NCBI RefSeq assembly: GCF_009834535.1
Contig: NC_045696.1
Coordinates: forward strand, 20,772,001 to 20,836,000
Origin: Camelus ferus
Taxonomy: Eukaryota
Length of the DNA: 64,000 nucleotides
Direction of reading: 5' to 3'
The notes beneath the pieces were generated by a model, which was not told the origin of the DNA, made no database searches, and worked only from the letters and a program-made list of their open reading frames with translations. Each line of letters starts with the position of its first letter. Position 1 is the first letter of the stretch. Shown one piece after another: positions 26,630 through 39,459 of the stretch. The translations under genes and the position numbers were made by a program.

Positions 26630-27995
26630 AAATTTCATACCATAAATGAATGAATAACCTGAAGGAAATAGGGGAGAGGAAAAAAAATAAGGCCAGTAGG
26701 GGAAACTGAAGGCTCTGGTACTTACAGCTACAAAAAACATTAAACATATCCCAGCCTAGCCAGAGTAATGCATACCTCACACTAAAGGCCTGTTTATCTG
26801 AGTTTTTATTATGTAATATGTTATGCTTGACTTTCAACAAAAAATACATAAGGTATACTAAAGACAAGGAAAAAAAAATAAAAACACAATCTGAAAAGCC
26901 AAAGCTTGCTCAGAAGCAAACTCAGGTATGATACAGATTTTGGAATTATCAGTTAGGAAATTTAAAATAACTATAATGAATATAGAAAGAGCCTTAATGG
27001 AAAAATAGACAACTTCTAAGAACAAGTATGTAATATAAGAAATGGAAACTCTAAGAAGGAATCAAAATGATATATTAGAAATAAAATACTGTAATAGAAA
27101 TGAAGAATACTTTTGATGGATTTTTCAGTAGATTGAACATTGCCAAAGAAAGAATAATTGTGTTTAAAGATAAGCCAATAGAAGTCTTCCCAAGCCAAAA
27201 TGGAAAGAGAAAGATGAGTAGATAACAGAAAAGAGGATCCAAGATCCGTAGGACATTTTAAAAAGTGGTGACATATGCATAATTGGAATACCAGAAGGAA
27301 AAGAGAGAATGGAAAAGAAAAAGCATTTGAATTAATAATGGTTGAGGATTTTCAAAATTAATAGCAGAAACCAAACCACCGATCCAATAAGCACTGAGAA
27401 CAACAAGCAAGATAAATGCTTAAAAATTTATCAACCAAAAAACCACAACTACGTTAGGCATATGATATTAAAACTACAGAAATCCAAAAACAAAGAGAAA
27501 ATCTAGAATGGAGCCATAGGGAGAACATCCCATACTTTATGGAGGAATTAGGATAAAATTATGAGAGACTTTTTGTCAGAAACCAGGTGAAAAAGAGGGG
27601 AATAGATTGAAACACTGTTTCAAAAACAAAGTTTTTAAAAACCACCTCAGTCAAGAATTCTATATCTAGCAAAATTATTTTGCAAATGTGAAGTAGAAAA
27701 AAAGATTTTCTCAGAAAAACAGAAACTGAAAAAATCTCTCATAAGTAGAGCTACCTTGTAAGAAATATTAGAAGAAGTTTTTTACAGAGAAGAAAAATTG
27801 TATAGGTCAAAAACACAGTTCTATTTAAAGAAAGGCAGAATGTCAGAGAAAGAATAAGAAAGAGTAAAATAAGATATAATAGATAACTAGAATGTGATAA
27901 ACAGGAAGGAATTGGGAATACTGTCTTGTAAAGTAACTGCATACTCACAAAGTGGTATTATTATTTGAAATTGGACTTACTTGAAAGTAGACTTA
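26630..27995 (+). mobile_element. L1MC/L1MD 5' region with decayed ORF1
   Basis: 'gatacagattttggaattatcagttaggaaatttaaaataactataat', 'aattggaataccagaaggaaaagagagaat' and 'caagaattctatatctagcaaaatta' are ORF1 motifs. Confidence 0.8.
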
Positions 27996-28240
27996 GATTG
28001 GTAGTTCAAAATCTGTAGATACTGACAGGCATATGTAGAATAGATAAACAAGATTAGACTGTATAGTACAGGGAAATATATACAAGATCTTGTGGTAGCT
28101 CACAGCAAAAAAAAAATGTGACAATGAATATATGTATGTGCATGTATAACTGAAAAATTGTGCTCTGTACTGGAATTTGACACAACATTGTAAAATGACT
28201 ATAACTCAATAAAAAAAGTTAAAAAAATAAATAAAAATAA
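27996..28240 (+). mobile_element. Young camelid-type L1 3'UTR end with A-tail
   Basis: 'agttcaaaatctgtagatactgacaggcatatgtagaatagataaacaag...tgacacaacattgtaaaatgactataactcaataaaaaaa'. Possible TSD gaaagtaga at 27983-27991 and 28245-28253. Confidence 0.85.
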
Positions 28241-28290
28241 TGTAGAAAGTAGATAATGTGCACGTATGTTGTAATTAGGGAAATCTATGC

Positions 28291-28353
28291 ATATTTGTGT
28301 TAGGGTTCTCTAGAGAAACAGAACTTTATATATATACACAGAGAGAGAGAGAC

Positions 28354-28389
<36 letters not shown>

Positions 28390-28783
28390 TTATAGAAATT
28401 GGATCATGAAGTTGTGGAGACTGGGAAGTCCCATGATTTGCCATTTGCAAGCTGGAGACCCAGGAAAGCATGTGACATAATTCAGTCTGAGCCTGAAGGT
28501 CTGAGACCCAGGAGCATGGATGTGGAGAACAGGAGAAGATAGATGTCTTAGCTCAGGCAGAAAGAGCAAATTTGCACTTCTTCCACCTTTTTGTTCTATT
28601 TAGGCTCTCAGTGAATTGAATGATGCCCACCTGTATTGGTGACAGCAGTCTTCTTGAGTCAGTCTACACAAATGTTAATGTCTTACAGAAACACCCTCAC
28701 AGATACACCGAGAAATAATGGTTTGCCAACTACATTGGCATCCTTTAGCCTAGTCAAGTTAATATAGAAAGTTAACCATCACA
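28291..28783 (-). mobile_element. MLT2 (ERVL) solo LTR with internal (GA)n
   Basis: Starts 'ttagggttctctagagaaacagaac', contains 'gcaagctggagacccaggaaagc' and ends 'agtcaagtt...ttaaccatcaca'. This is the reverse complement of the MLT2 termini. Confidence 0.92.
28340..28385. repeat. (GA)n microsatellite, interrupted
   Basis: Read directly. Confidence 0.9.
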
Positions 28784-28869
28784 CTTGTAGATGAGAAAGA
28801 TTATAATAAAAATAGTAGAATGTTTTTAATTAAAAAATGAAAAGTAAATGTTGAAAGTAGAAAAAAATT

Positions 28870-29017
28870 GGGGAGAGTATATCTCAGTGGTAGAGTGTGT
28901 GCTTAGCATGCACAAGGTCCTGGGTTCAATCCTCAGTACCTCCATTACAATAAATAAATAAAAACCTAATTACCTCCCCTCACAAAAGAAAAAAAGAATT
29001 AAGAAATAAAAAAAAAT
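28870..29017 (+). mobile_element. tRNA-derived SINE, Vic-1-type (camelid)
   Basis: 'ggggagagtatatctcagtggtagagtgtgtgcttagcatgcacaaggtcctgggttcaatcc' then 'aaacctaattacctcccc' and an A-tail. Degenerate TSD ttgaaagtagaaaaaaatt (28851-28869) / ttgaaaacagagaaaatt (29018-29035). Confidence 0.92.
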
Positions 29018-31625
29018 TTGAAAACAGAGAAAATTATAGACTTTTATTTTTAAGTTTTCTTTAATATTTATATCACATTCAATTTTCAATTAAAATTATA
29101 CATAAAAATAATAAAACTTCTGATAAAAGTAGTGGAATTATCTAATGGAGTGCCATAACAAACTTATAAATGGACAGATTTAGATACTTTTTCAGAGCCA
29201 CATTTACTTAACCGTATTGGAATCAATAGAATTGAAGCCTTTCTGGTTTCTATAAAAATAACACATTTGGGCCAGGATTTGTGACACCCAGGACATGAAT
29301 TACCCATCACTTTTTTTAACTAAAGAAGTTAGATGATCTGCAATTTGATGTATCTACACTCAATCATAGTTGCTAAATAATCTATCACTTGAGACTTAAA
29401 AATTAAAATAAAAACACTGAATTAGACGAATAATTCAATTTTTAAATACCATTTGCCTCTACATTCAAATATTTCAGAAAGTGGTAAATGTTATTCCATA
29501 TAATAAACATATTTCTCCAATTCACTATGCAAATGTAGATGCACTCAAATATATTAAGAAAAAGAAAATTCCAATTTTATCCCACTGTTTTGAGGAATGC
29601 AGATAATTCTCATATGCAAATATTGCACAAACTATTATAAGTTCAGCACAGTAAACTTGCCTCTTTAAAAAGCCTGTTGCAAATTGGTCCCTTAGATCTC
29701 CATTTAATTATTAGCGGACTTTTAAAATAACTGTATTTTTCTCTTTGTGTTTGAAAGGGATTGAGAATGCCTGACTTTTTTTCAAAAGCTCACAGCTATT
29801 TCTTTAGAGGAGAATAGGCTTTGCTAGAGACCATGACCCTATTGTGAGGTTGTTTAAAGATATTAAAAATAGATAAAATTATGATTGTGTACAATAGGTC
29901 TGCTTTAGTTATTTTAAAACAGTTATTTCTATCACATGTAACAGTAGGAAGAGAAATACAAAAGTGATTTTAAGTTATGAACCTGATTTGCATTACTGTT
30001 CTTATTGCCATTTTTTATATAAAAGGAAAGAAGTGGCTCATAACTAAAGAAATGTTTTTAAAATTCTGTCATTCTTTTATAATACGTTTTACATAGAGAA
30101 AATTTATGCATTAATAATTGAAGTGAATCCAAAATACTAATGCTGTTACTTATTTCAAGACATGCTTTCACAGTGTCTTATAAAGAGCTAAAGATGTGTC
30201 TTGAATTCCTTTTAATTCGTGAGATGAGGGAGTTTTAATTAGTAGAGGTTTGTGATGTGAATGATGGGCTGAAGAACTTGAGGTTGAGAATAATTCCTAA
30301 GTGGGAGATAGTTGGATTTATCTGAAATGAGGGCAAATAGCACTATCTGAAAACAAGGTAATACGACTAGAAACCACGTCTTGAACAAGAAGGTTCTGGC
30401 AGAAGGTATGAGTCTTGAGTCATTTCTCAGAACTACTGAGGGTTCAAGCCTTTTTGGGCTTGAGTGAAAAGACAAGATTTTAAAGGCTCCGAAATGATCA
30501 GAACAGAAGCTATGGACATCTGATTGTTTCCTTGACAATCTAATATGTCCTGTTTGCTGACTGGGATCTTTGGAACCTTAGAAAATCTATACACTTGAGC
30601 CTTAGGCTTAGGATAATTAAAATTTGAATGTCATATTTTGATGCATGTAAGACCAGCCACACTGCAGCCTCTGATGAAATATCCCTTCCTCTGAACCTGT
30701 TTGGGTACTTTTCTGTGGGGACATGAAATTGACATTCTAGTGAAAAGGTAATTGAATACATACTATAATATTATTAAATGTTTAAAGTAGCAAAAAATTT
30801 AGAGCTGACATTTTATAGTTTAAATATATTTTCATGTACTGCTCATATTACAGCCTGGTATTACAATTAATTTGACTAAGAAAGCTAAGCATAATTCTAC
30901 TTGGTGAAAGAAACAAGAACCAAGTTAACTTGGGTTTTTCAATTGTACACCCTATAGACTAAGTTCTTGGTTTGGATTTTTTATATTGACTCTCTTTTCT
31001 CAAGAAGAATTTGCCTTCTATAGTCCTATATCCATGAATGTGTAAGATTCCCTTTCCTTCCTTCCTTTTTTTCTGTTACCTTCATAGATGAACAGTTTTT
31101 AGAGTATATAATTTTGTCATATACATCTCCCACCCCTGTCCTGATAGAACTCCTTATAAAATATAGAGAACTTGGCTTTGTAAACATTTGTTGTTTATTT
31201 TTTTCAGGAAGTACCTCAGACAGTATCTTTCTTTCACTCTTGCCTACCTAAGAATTACTTTCAACTTTATATAGATCTGATTTATTTCCTTTGGGTTATT
31301 CTCATGAGTGGAATTGATATTTCAAAAAACTACCCTTCTGTTTATCAAATTGCTCTGAAAGGTTGTACTGATGGAAAGGTCCATAATCACAAGTGAACCT
31401 GTCTACTTACTGCCACCTTCATTAACCCAAGAAAGTAAATTTTAGCACATTAGATGAGAAAAATACTCCATTTTTAATGAAGTATTTTCATTGCTGGCAA
31501 AGTTAAATAGTGAGTTACATTTTAATTGATGATTTATATTTCTTCTTTTTTGAGTTTCTTCTGCCCATTTCTGTACTGAGGTCAGCCACATATATTCTCT
31601 GGCCTGAATAGTCTGCTGCAGTGTT

Positions 31626-31659
<34 letters not shown>

Positions 31660-31728
31660 GGCGAAGGGTGGTAGTTTTTCAAAAAAGTCTAAATTCTAAA
31701 ATAGTTTTGTGTGTAAGTGGACAAAGTG

Positions 31729-31790
31729 TGTGGCTTTGTATATAGGATTAGCAAAATTTTGTGGCTTTGTATGTAGGATTAGCATAATCC
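31729..31790. repeat. 31-bp tandem duplication
   Basis: 'tgtggctttgtatataggattagca' at 31729 and 'tgtggctttgtatgtaggattagca' at 31760. Confidence 0.9.
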
Positions 31791-31924
31791 TTTGCTAAAA
31801 TACTTACATTTATTTGGTAAATAAATATCAATAAAATTTACTGATTATAAGTATTTACCATACCTAGGCTCTGCTGTATGCTGTATGTCTCCTAGACATA
31901 GAGCATCTTTATGAGCAGTGGTAA

Positions 31925-32340
31925 GTATAGAATTGTCCAGTCTAGACCCCCTTTGCGTCCAGCCCCCAGCTGTTACTAGGGTTGACTGGCAATGGTTCAG
32001 AGGTGCCAGTTACCTCCAGAGAATTACCGTAATTCACTAATGGTAGCCACCTCACTACAAAATTTACAATGTTACCCCTCCCTCAGGGAATGGCCCTCAG
32101 CCCATGATTAACAAACAATATGGGAGTTTAAAAGCCCCATCCCCTGACCTAAAATAAAAGACAATCTTGTGGAGTGATGTATGGTCCAGAGTCCTACCCA
32201 TGTGTGTCAGATGCCTTTGCTCTTCTTTTTCCCTTTCCTGTACCGCTTCAGCTCTTTTCCTGAGGAGCATTTCCCCCAAAATTCAGGCTCACCTTAACCC
32301 CTCTCTCAGTCTCTGCTTCTAATAGATATGTCCTAAATAT
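31925..32340 (+). mobile_element. LTR16-like solo LTR
   Basis: 'gacaatcttgtggagtgatgtatggtccagagtcc', 'ttcctgaggagcatttcccccaaaa', end 'ctctcagtctctgcttctaa...cctaaata'. Confidence 0.7.
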
Positions 32341-33704
32341 CCAGCTCACTTTATATTCTCAAAGAAAACTTTGAGGCACTTAGAGTGTTATTAACAGTGT
32401 TAAAAGATATTTTCTGAAAAAGAGTAAAGCCATGATTTTCATACTGATATAAAATTAAAACTGAGTTAGAGATTTTATTAACTCTTGAGAGAACCCTAAC
32501 TGATGAGGTAACTGATTTAAAAGGGAATCCAAAGAAGAGACACATATATAGATCAGGAACGTTGAAATGGATATGTAAATCAAGGAAAAACTAATTTTTT
32601 TCTTCAGAGGGGGAAGAAGTTTTTTGGTTGAAAATCTACTGGTCATAACAGAATTTGAATGTCCATGGGAATAATTTACTTGGTTACTGGTTACCTACCA
32701 CTATTGAATTATAAAATAAATCAAAGGCAATGGAAGACTGGAATCAGATAACCTGGAGGTATGTCCTCTAGACACTGAATATTTTTCAGTGTAGTGTCTA
32801 TTCATTGAATTACACATAGCTTTTTTTTTTTTTACAAAAGCAATTAATCATTAAATACAATCACATATATACCTATTTCTTTATTCAAGATGCATAGCTA
32901 ATACTCTTATTTCTAATGTGTTTTTTCTATTATTTCTTTTTCTTTTCAGTTTTCTTCAATATGTTATAGGGTGTAGTTCCATATCAAGGAAAAGCTTATC
33001 ATCATCCCGCTAGACATCTCTCTAAGAGTAAAATTGTACTTGAGGGAGTCAATTTATATATAAATAAAGTATACACACCATTTAAATAGAAGTTAAAGTA
33101 GTGATTATGAGTTTCTTGATGAATAGTTATACACAGTTAAATAATCTCAAGATCTGTATAGTCACCAGCGTGCAATGTCATCAGTTATACTGATTAAGAT
33201 GAATTGAATTTATGAAGGCATTCATGAACGTATGGATGCAGTATGATTATTCTGGTCTCTCCAGTTTCATCTTTGCCATTTTCATTGCACTCATGACTTT
33301 TAGTGAGTTTATCTGATTTTAAGTCTTTCTCTTTCATTGCACTAAAAATGCTCCAATGGCAGGAACTTCATTTATTCATCACTTAGTGACTAGTACTGAG
33401 TCTGTTATAAGAGACTTTCAATATATATTTTTTAACTGCGAGTGAAGAAGACAAATTTAAGATTAAAACTATTCCTGTTTGTTAGTTCTACAGGAATGGA
33501 TGTGCCTAGATTTAAACTGTACATTAAATATTAATAACTGCCCTTTTGTATTCCTGCCCTTTTGTTGTCAGAGAAGCGTTTTAAGTGTGATCTCTTTCTG
33601 TCTCAAACACACACACACACACACTGTGTGGCTTTTTCCTGGAGATGGAAGGAGGAAACTGAATTGCACACCCAACATTTTAACTTTTCAGGAGGCTTGC
33701 TTAA

Positions 33705-36700
33705 GAGACTAGCTTCTATCTTACCTAAATGTAAGTGCTAACAAGTAAAAAGCACTAAACATGAATCTGCTGAGAATAAAGCAGTGGTTTAGACTAGCAC
33801 GTACTCACTCACCATAGTCCCTCCTCTCAGCTCAGAGTGGAACATGTAGAAAGAAACCTCCAACTCCCAGGTTCTCCCTAAGGAGGTAATAAGTTGGAGT
33901 ATACACCCAATGCCCAAGCTTTTCAGGGGCTGCCCAAGGGAATAGTCCTTGTCTTGCCTCTTTTGAAGTAGTGATAGGACTTGGCATACTCTACATGCCA
34001 GGGAGGCACTGAGAACTGGTGGCTTGGAAAGAGAGCTGGGTGGCTTGCTACTGCTCTAGAAGACCTGGGATACACAGACAGAGGACAACACAGCTCAGCA
34101 GCGTCTCCCTTAGGAATAAACAGGATGGGAGAGAAGAGTGGAGCATACATCTAATGTTCCAGCTTTTCAGTGCGCTGTCTGAGGGACTGGTTTGTCTTCC
34201 TTAACTTGGAGTGATGATGGGACCTGAAATAGTATAAAAGCAAGGGTGTTATTGAGAACAAAGGAGAACTAGGTGCCTGCAGCAGCTCTAGAGAACCTTC
34301 AGTACGACAAACACCATAGCGAGCAAGAGATTATGAGTTCCTTAAAAAAAGAAAGAAAGAAAAGTAAATTACTCTAACTGGGAATTTATATTCACAACTC
34401 TAGAGAAGATGCGTCCCCCAGAGAGGTTTTAGAGGCCCCGGAGAATCTCTAGCTAGGCTGATTGGTAAAGATCTTTCTCTTGTGTGAAGTTAATCCATAA
34501 AGACTGGGAGTATTGGCTTTTATTCAGAATGCAGAGATCTTAACAAAAAGTTAAAAGGCACAAAGAAATAGGGAAACATAGCTCAGTTAAAGAAACAAAA
34601 TAAATCTCCACAGACAAATCTTAAAAGAAATGGGGGCATATGAATTACTTCACAAAGAATTCAAAATAACAATCATATGGATGCAAGCTGAGGAAAATAA
34701 GGATGAACAAAATGAAAATGCCAACAAAGAGATAGAAAACATTAAAAAGTACAAAACAAAAATGCTAGAGCTAAAGAACTCAATAAGTAAGGGTGTTCAA
34801 TTGTAGACTTCGTCAGGTGAAAGAAAGAATCAATGAAATTAAAGACACTCGAAATTATTCAGTCAGAGGAACAAAAAGAACAAAGAATTAAAAACAGCAA
34901 AAAAAAAGCCTTACAGGATTTATGGGACATTATGAGGCCAAACAATATACACATTAGAAGAAGAGAGAGAAAAGGGGGCAGAAAGTTTATTTGAAGAAAT
35001 AATGGGCATCAAAGACACAAAAATTACAAAGAAAATACCTATAGAAGATACACAAAAAGAAAATGGGAAAGGAACCTAAGCATGTCACTATGAAAAGCCA
35101 ATGAACCAAAAAGGAAAACAGCAAAAAGAGGAACAAAAAGGGACAAAAAGCTATAAGAGAAACAGAAAATAACAAAATGGCAAATGTATTTCTTCCCCAT
35201 TAGTATTTGTTTTATGTAAATTGATTAAACTCTCGAATCAATAAACAGAAGAATGACTAGATTAAAAGAAAAAGATCCAACTATATGTTGTCTACAAGAG
35301 GCATACTTTAGATTTAATGAGACGCATAGGCTGAAAGTGAAAAAATGGAAACTGATATTCCATTTAAATGGTAATCAAATGAGAGAAAGTGTGGCCATAC
35401 TTAATATGAGACAAAATAGACTTTAAGTCAAAACTGTCATAAGAGGAAAAGAAGGACATATAATGGTGAAGGGATCAATTCACCAGGAAATAAAACAGAT
35501 ATGTATGCACTCAACATTAACACACTCAAATATATAAAGCAAATATTGTCAGAACTAAATGGAGGTATAGATAGTAACACGCTTACAGTAGATTTCAGTA
35601 TTCTACGTTCAGTAATGGATAAAACATCCAAACAGATGATCAGTAAGAAAACAGTGGACTTGAACAACAGTATAGATCAAATGAACCAAATAAACATTAT
35701 GAGGAAAGGCAATCTCATGTGTTCAATATTTCAACTTTATTCAGTCACAAAAGAATGGACCTTGGACCTGGAACACTTCCTTAGTAAGAGATAAAGAGCC
35801 CACATAGCCTGTGTCAGACTTACCACCTTGTGTGGAGGTTTTTCCCTTTTCCTGGCTCAGTGTGTACTCCTTTGTCTGCTTAAGCATGTATACCAGTGGC
35901 CCTTAGGCATGCCACACCTTTCAGTATCTCAGAATCCACAAGTAGTTGGAGAGGAGTCCTGCTGCTGCAGCACAAGAAGGTACATGTGGGCCAGTCGCCC
36001 TGTGTTGGCTGCCAGGAGGGAACTGCTGGACATGCAGAACTGATACCCACTACTGAAGCTGATCTTGCTCTTTCTTTTTTATATGAGTAAAGCATTGTTC
36101 CATCCAGTGGTTAACTGTATTGTGTTTTCCTTACTGATTGTAATACGGTGGACAGACTTCTACTCCTGCTAATAGGTGATTGTAATATGGTTGGCAGACT
36201 TCTTCTCCTGATAAAATGCCACTTGTTTAAAAGATATATATATATAGAACATTCTGCCCAACAGTAGCAGAATACACATTCCTTTCAATTACACATGGAA
36301 CATTCTCCAGGATGGATTATTTGTTAAGTCACAAAACATGTCATAACAAATTCAAGAAGATTGAAATCATATCCGGTATATTTTGCAATCACAGTAGAAT
36401 GAATTTTAAAATCAATAGCATAAGGGAAACTGAAAAATTCACAAGTATGTGGAAATTAAGCACCATGCTCTTGAACAGCAAATGGGTCAAAGAAGAAACC
36501 AAAGAAAAATTAGAAATTGCTTTGAGACTAATGAAAATTAAAATACAACATACCACAACTTATGGGATGCGGAAAAAACAGTAGTAAAAGGGAAGTTTAT
36601 AGAGGTAAATACCAACGTTAAAAATGGAAGAAAGATCTCAAATAAATAACTTTACAGTCCAAGGAACTAGAAAAAGAGCAAACTAAGACCAAAACTAGCA

Positions 36701-38600
36701 GAAGAAAGAAAATTGTAGAGATTAGAGTAGAAATAAAATAGAGAATAGTAGAACAATTAAAAATCAATTAAGCTATGAATTAATTTTTGAAAAGATTAAC
36801 AAAATCAGGAAGCGTTTCACAAGAATAAGGAAAAAAAAGGAGACATTAAAAGTAATGCCATAGAGGGAAAAAGAGAATTATGAGACTGATATGAATAGTT
36901 ATATACCAATAAATTGAATAACCTAGATGAAATTGGCAGATTTCTAGAAATATACATTCCATCAATGCTAAATCATGAAGAAATAAAAAATCAAAATAGA
37001 CCTGTAACTAATAGGGATGTGTATCAGGTATCAAAAACCTTCTAACAAAGAAAAGTCTCAGATCAGATGGCTTCATTGGTGACCTCTACTAAAGAGTTAA
37101 TATCAGTTAACATCAATCCTTCTTAAACTCTTCCAAAAAATTGCAGATGAGGGAACATTTCCAAACTCATTTTATAATGTCAGAATTACCATGATGCCAA
37201 AGCCAAACAAAGACATTATAAGAAAAAAGAAAACTACAGACCAATATTTCTAATTAATATAGATGCAAAAAATTGTCAATACTCAACAAAATACTAGCAA
37301 ACTGAATTTTATAGTGCATTAAAAGGATCATACATAGTGACCAAGTGGGATTTATTCCTGTGAGGCGTAGATGGTTCAAAATATGAAAATCAATCATTGT
37401 GATACTCTACATGAATAGAATGAAGGATAAAAGTCACGTGATCATCTCAATAGCTGTAGAGAAAGCATTTGATAAAAGTCAACACCTTTTCGCGATAAAA
37501 ACAAATGAGGAACAGAAGAAAATTATCTCAACATAATGAAAGCCATATATGAAGAACCCACAGTTAGCATCATTCTCAGTGGTGGAAGAGAAAAAGCTTT
37601 ACCTCTAAAATCAGAAACAAGGCAAGTATGTTCACTGTCGTCACTTCTATTCAGCATAGTACTAGAAGTAATACCTAGAGCAATTAAGCAAGAAAAATGA
37701 AGAGAAGACATTCAGATGAGAAAAGGGATAAAAACCATCTCTGTTTACAAATGATAGTATCTTATATGTAGAATATGCTAAAGATTCCCCAAGAATTATT
37801 GGAATGAATAAACAAATTCAGCAAAGTTTCAGAACACAAAACCATACAAATATCAGTTGTGTTTCTGTATGATGACTGCCCAAAAAGGAAACTGAGCAAA
37901 CAGTCCCATTTAAAATAGCATCATAAAGAATAAAATACTTAAGAAAAACTTAACCAGGGAGGATAAAATCCTGTACCTGAAGAATTAGAAAATATTGCTG
38001 AAGAAAACTTATGAAGACGCATAAATAGAGACATCCTATGTTCATCGATTGGTGATTTAATATTGTAAAATGCCCATACTATCCAAAGCTTTCTATAGAT
38101 TCAATGCAATCCCTATCAAAAATCCCAATGGAATTTTTTGTAGAAATAGGAAGAAAAAATCCTAAAATGTGTATGAAACTATGAATGACCCTGAATAGCC
38201 AAAACAATTTTCCAAAAGAATAAAGCTGAAAGTCTTAACACGTCCTAACTTCAAAATATGAAGTAGTTATAAAAAATAATACAGAAATTCCTGAAAAATT
38301 TAAAAATGGACCTATCATATAATCCAGTAATCCCACTTCTGGGTATATATTCAAAAGAATTGAAATCAGGATATGAGAGACAGTTTATATTTTCATTCTG
38401 ATGTTTCTCTAGCATTATTCACAGTAGCCAAGATGTTGCAACAATGTAAATTCCCACTGACAGATGAATGAATAAAGAAAATGTAATGTAGATAGATAGA
38501 CAGGCAGACAGACAGACACTCAGAAATGTAATATTATTTAGCCTTAACAAAGAAGGAAATTCTCATATTCTACAACATGACTGAAACGTGAAGCTTATAA
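33705..38600 (+). mobile_element. Near full-span decayed L1 (L1MA/L1MB-age): 5'UTR, partial ORF1, ORF2 with internal deletions
   Basis: ORF1 remnants ~34540-35010. Endonuclease motif 'gatccaactatatgttgtctacaagag' (DPTICCLQE) ~35274. ORFs 35501 (YALN..KYIKQIL) and 36312 (HK..NKFKKIEII) are ORF2 pieces. RT motifs 'aaactacagaccaatat' (~37231) and 'ctgtttacaaatgatagtatc' (~37741; decayed LFADDMI). C-terminal 'ccagtaatcccacttctgggtatata' ~38324. Confidence 0.93.
35698..36230 (+). mobile_element. Solo LTR (probably ERVL class, LTR47-like) nested in L1 ORF2
   Basis: 533-bp GC-richer insert splitting contiguous L1 sequence ('aaataaacat' | 'atatatagaacattc'). 5-bp TSD aacat (35693-35697) / aagat (36231-36235). 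AGTAAA polyA-like signal ~36086. Confidence 0.75.
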
Positions 38601-39459
38601 TGTTATAAAGTCATGGTGTAAGTATTGTTTAGTTTTGTTTGTATCTGTTCAGTGAAAATAAAAAGGTACAACTCAAGTTTTTACATAGTATATAACAAGC
38701 CAAAAAGAGTATTCTACTTCAAAGCATTTTCTCTCAGACTTTCACTTAAAAAACAACAAAAACTGTCACCTGAGATGAATAAAACAATGATAAAACAATG
38801 GTTAGATAGTTTTGCAGACATTTTTTGGTGCTGAACTATGACATCAGCCTTATAGACTGAAATGGAAATAGTTTAAACTAACATACAAAACTGATATTTA
38901 AACTTTCTTTGTTGTTAAATTCTGTGAAGTTTCATTCATCTAAAATAAATGTACATAAATATGAAATGTAATGTTTCAAATTGCAAGGTAGTATGTAATG
39001 TAATGTTTATAAAATACTCTGGTCTAATACTAATTTACTAGTAGTGTTTTGAGTTCTACACTCTATTGATGAAGAGTCATGATGTAAGTTTAGACAAATA
39101 ATGATGGGAAAATGGTGGATGCAGTACTTTTGCAAGTATTGACAGTTCGATTGTGATTATAAAAGAATAATTTAACTTTTGGGTGTCAGGAAATGGGTTT
39201 CCTCAAAGTCCCTTGCTGTCAATGAGTATGTCTAGTACTATTGCAACAGAACATTCATTCCATACCTTATTAACAGTGAGGTAAATAACTTTGAATAAAA
39301 TTTTAGAGAATTTTTTTTTTGAAGTTCAGTTCTGCTCAGTTAACACATTGACTGCATCAAGGGGTTTTTGAAGGAGAAATTAAATCTTGGTTTGGAGCAG
39401 GTTGAATATCATGAACTGTAGATCTTTACTACTGGACTGAAGTAATTTAGCAGATAAGA

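Noticed and set aside
28870..28945. tRNA-Ala-like sequence (also 5876-5955) as tRNA genes
   Set aside because: Diverged stems, a SINE-specific tail, an A-rich end and TSDs identify them as SINEs.
31925..32340. LTR16-like element as the missing 3' LTR of the ERVL at 18.7-23.6 kb
   Set aside because: It is 8 kb away, the intervening DNA is unrelated, and it does not visibly align with the 5' LTR beyond family-level end motifs.
35501..35794. 97-aa ORF resembling an endonuclease
   Set aside because: It is a decayed L1 ORF2 endonuclease fragment reading into the nested LTR, and is surrounded by stops and frameshifts.
36312..36584. 90-aa ORF
   Set aside because: L1 ORF2 fragment (end of the endonuclease domain) that frameshifts. 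Not a gene.
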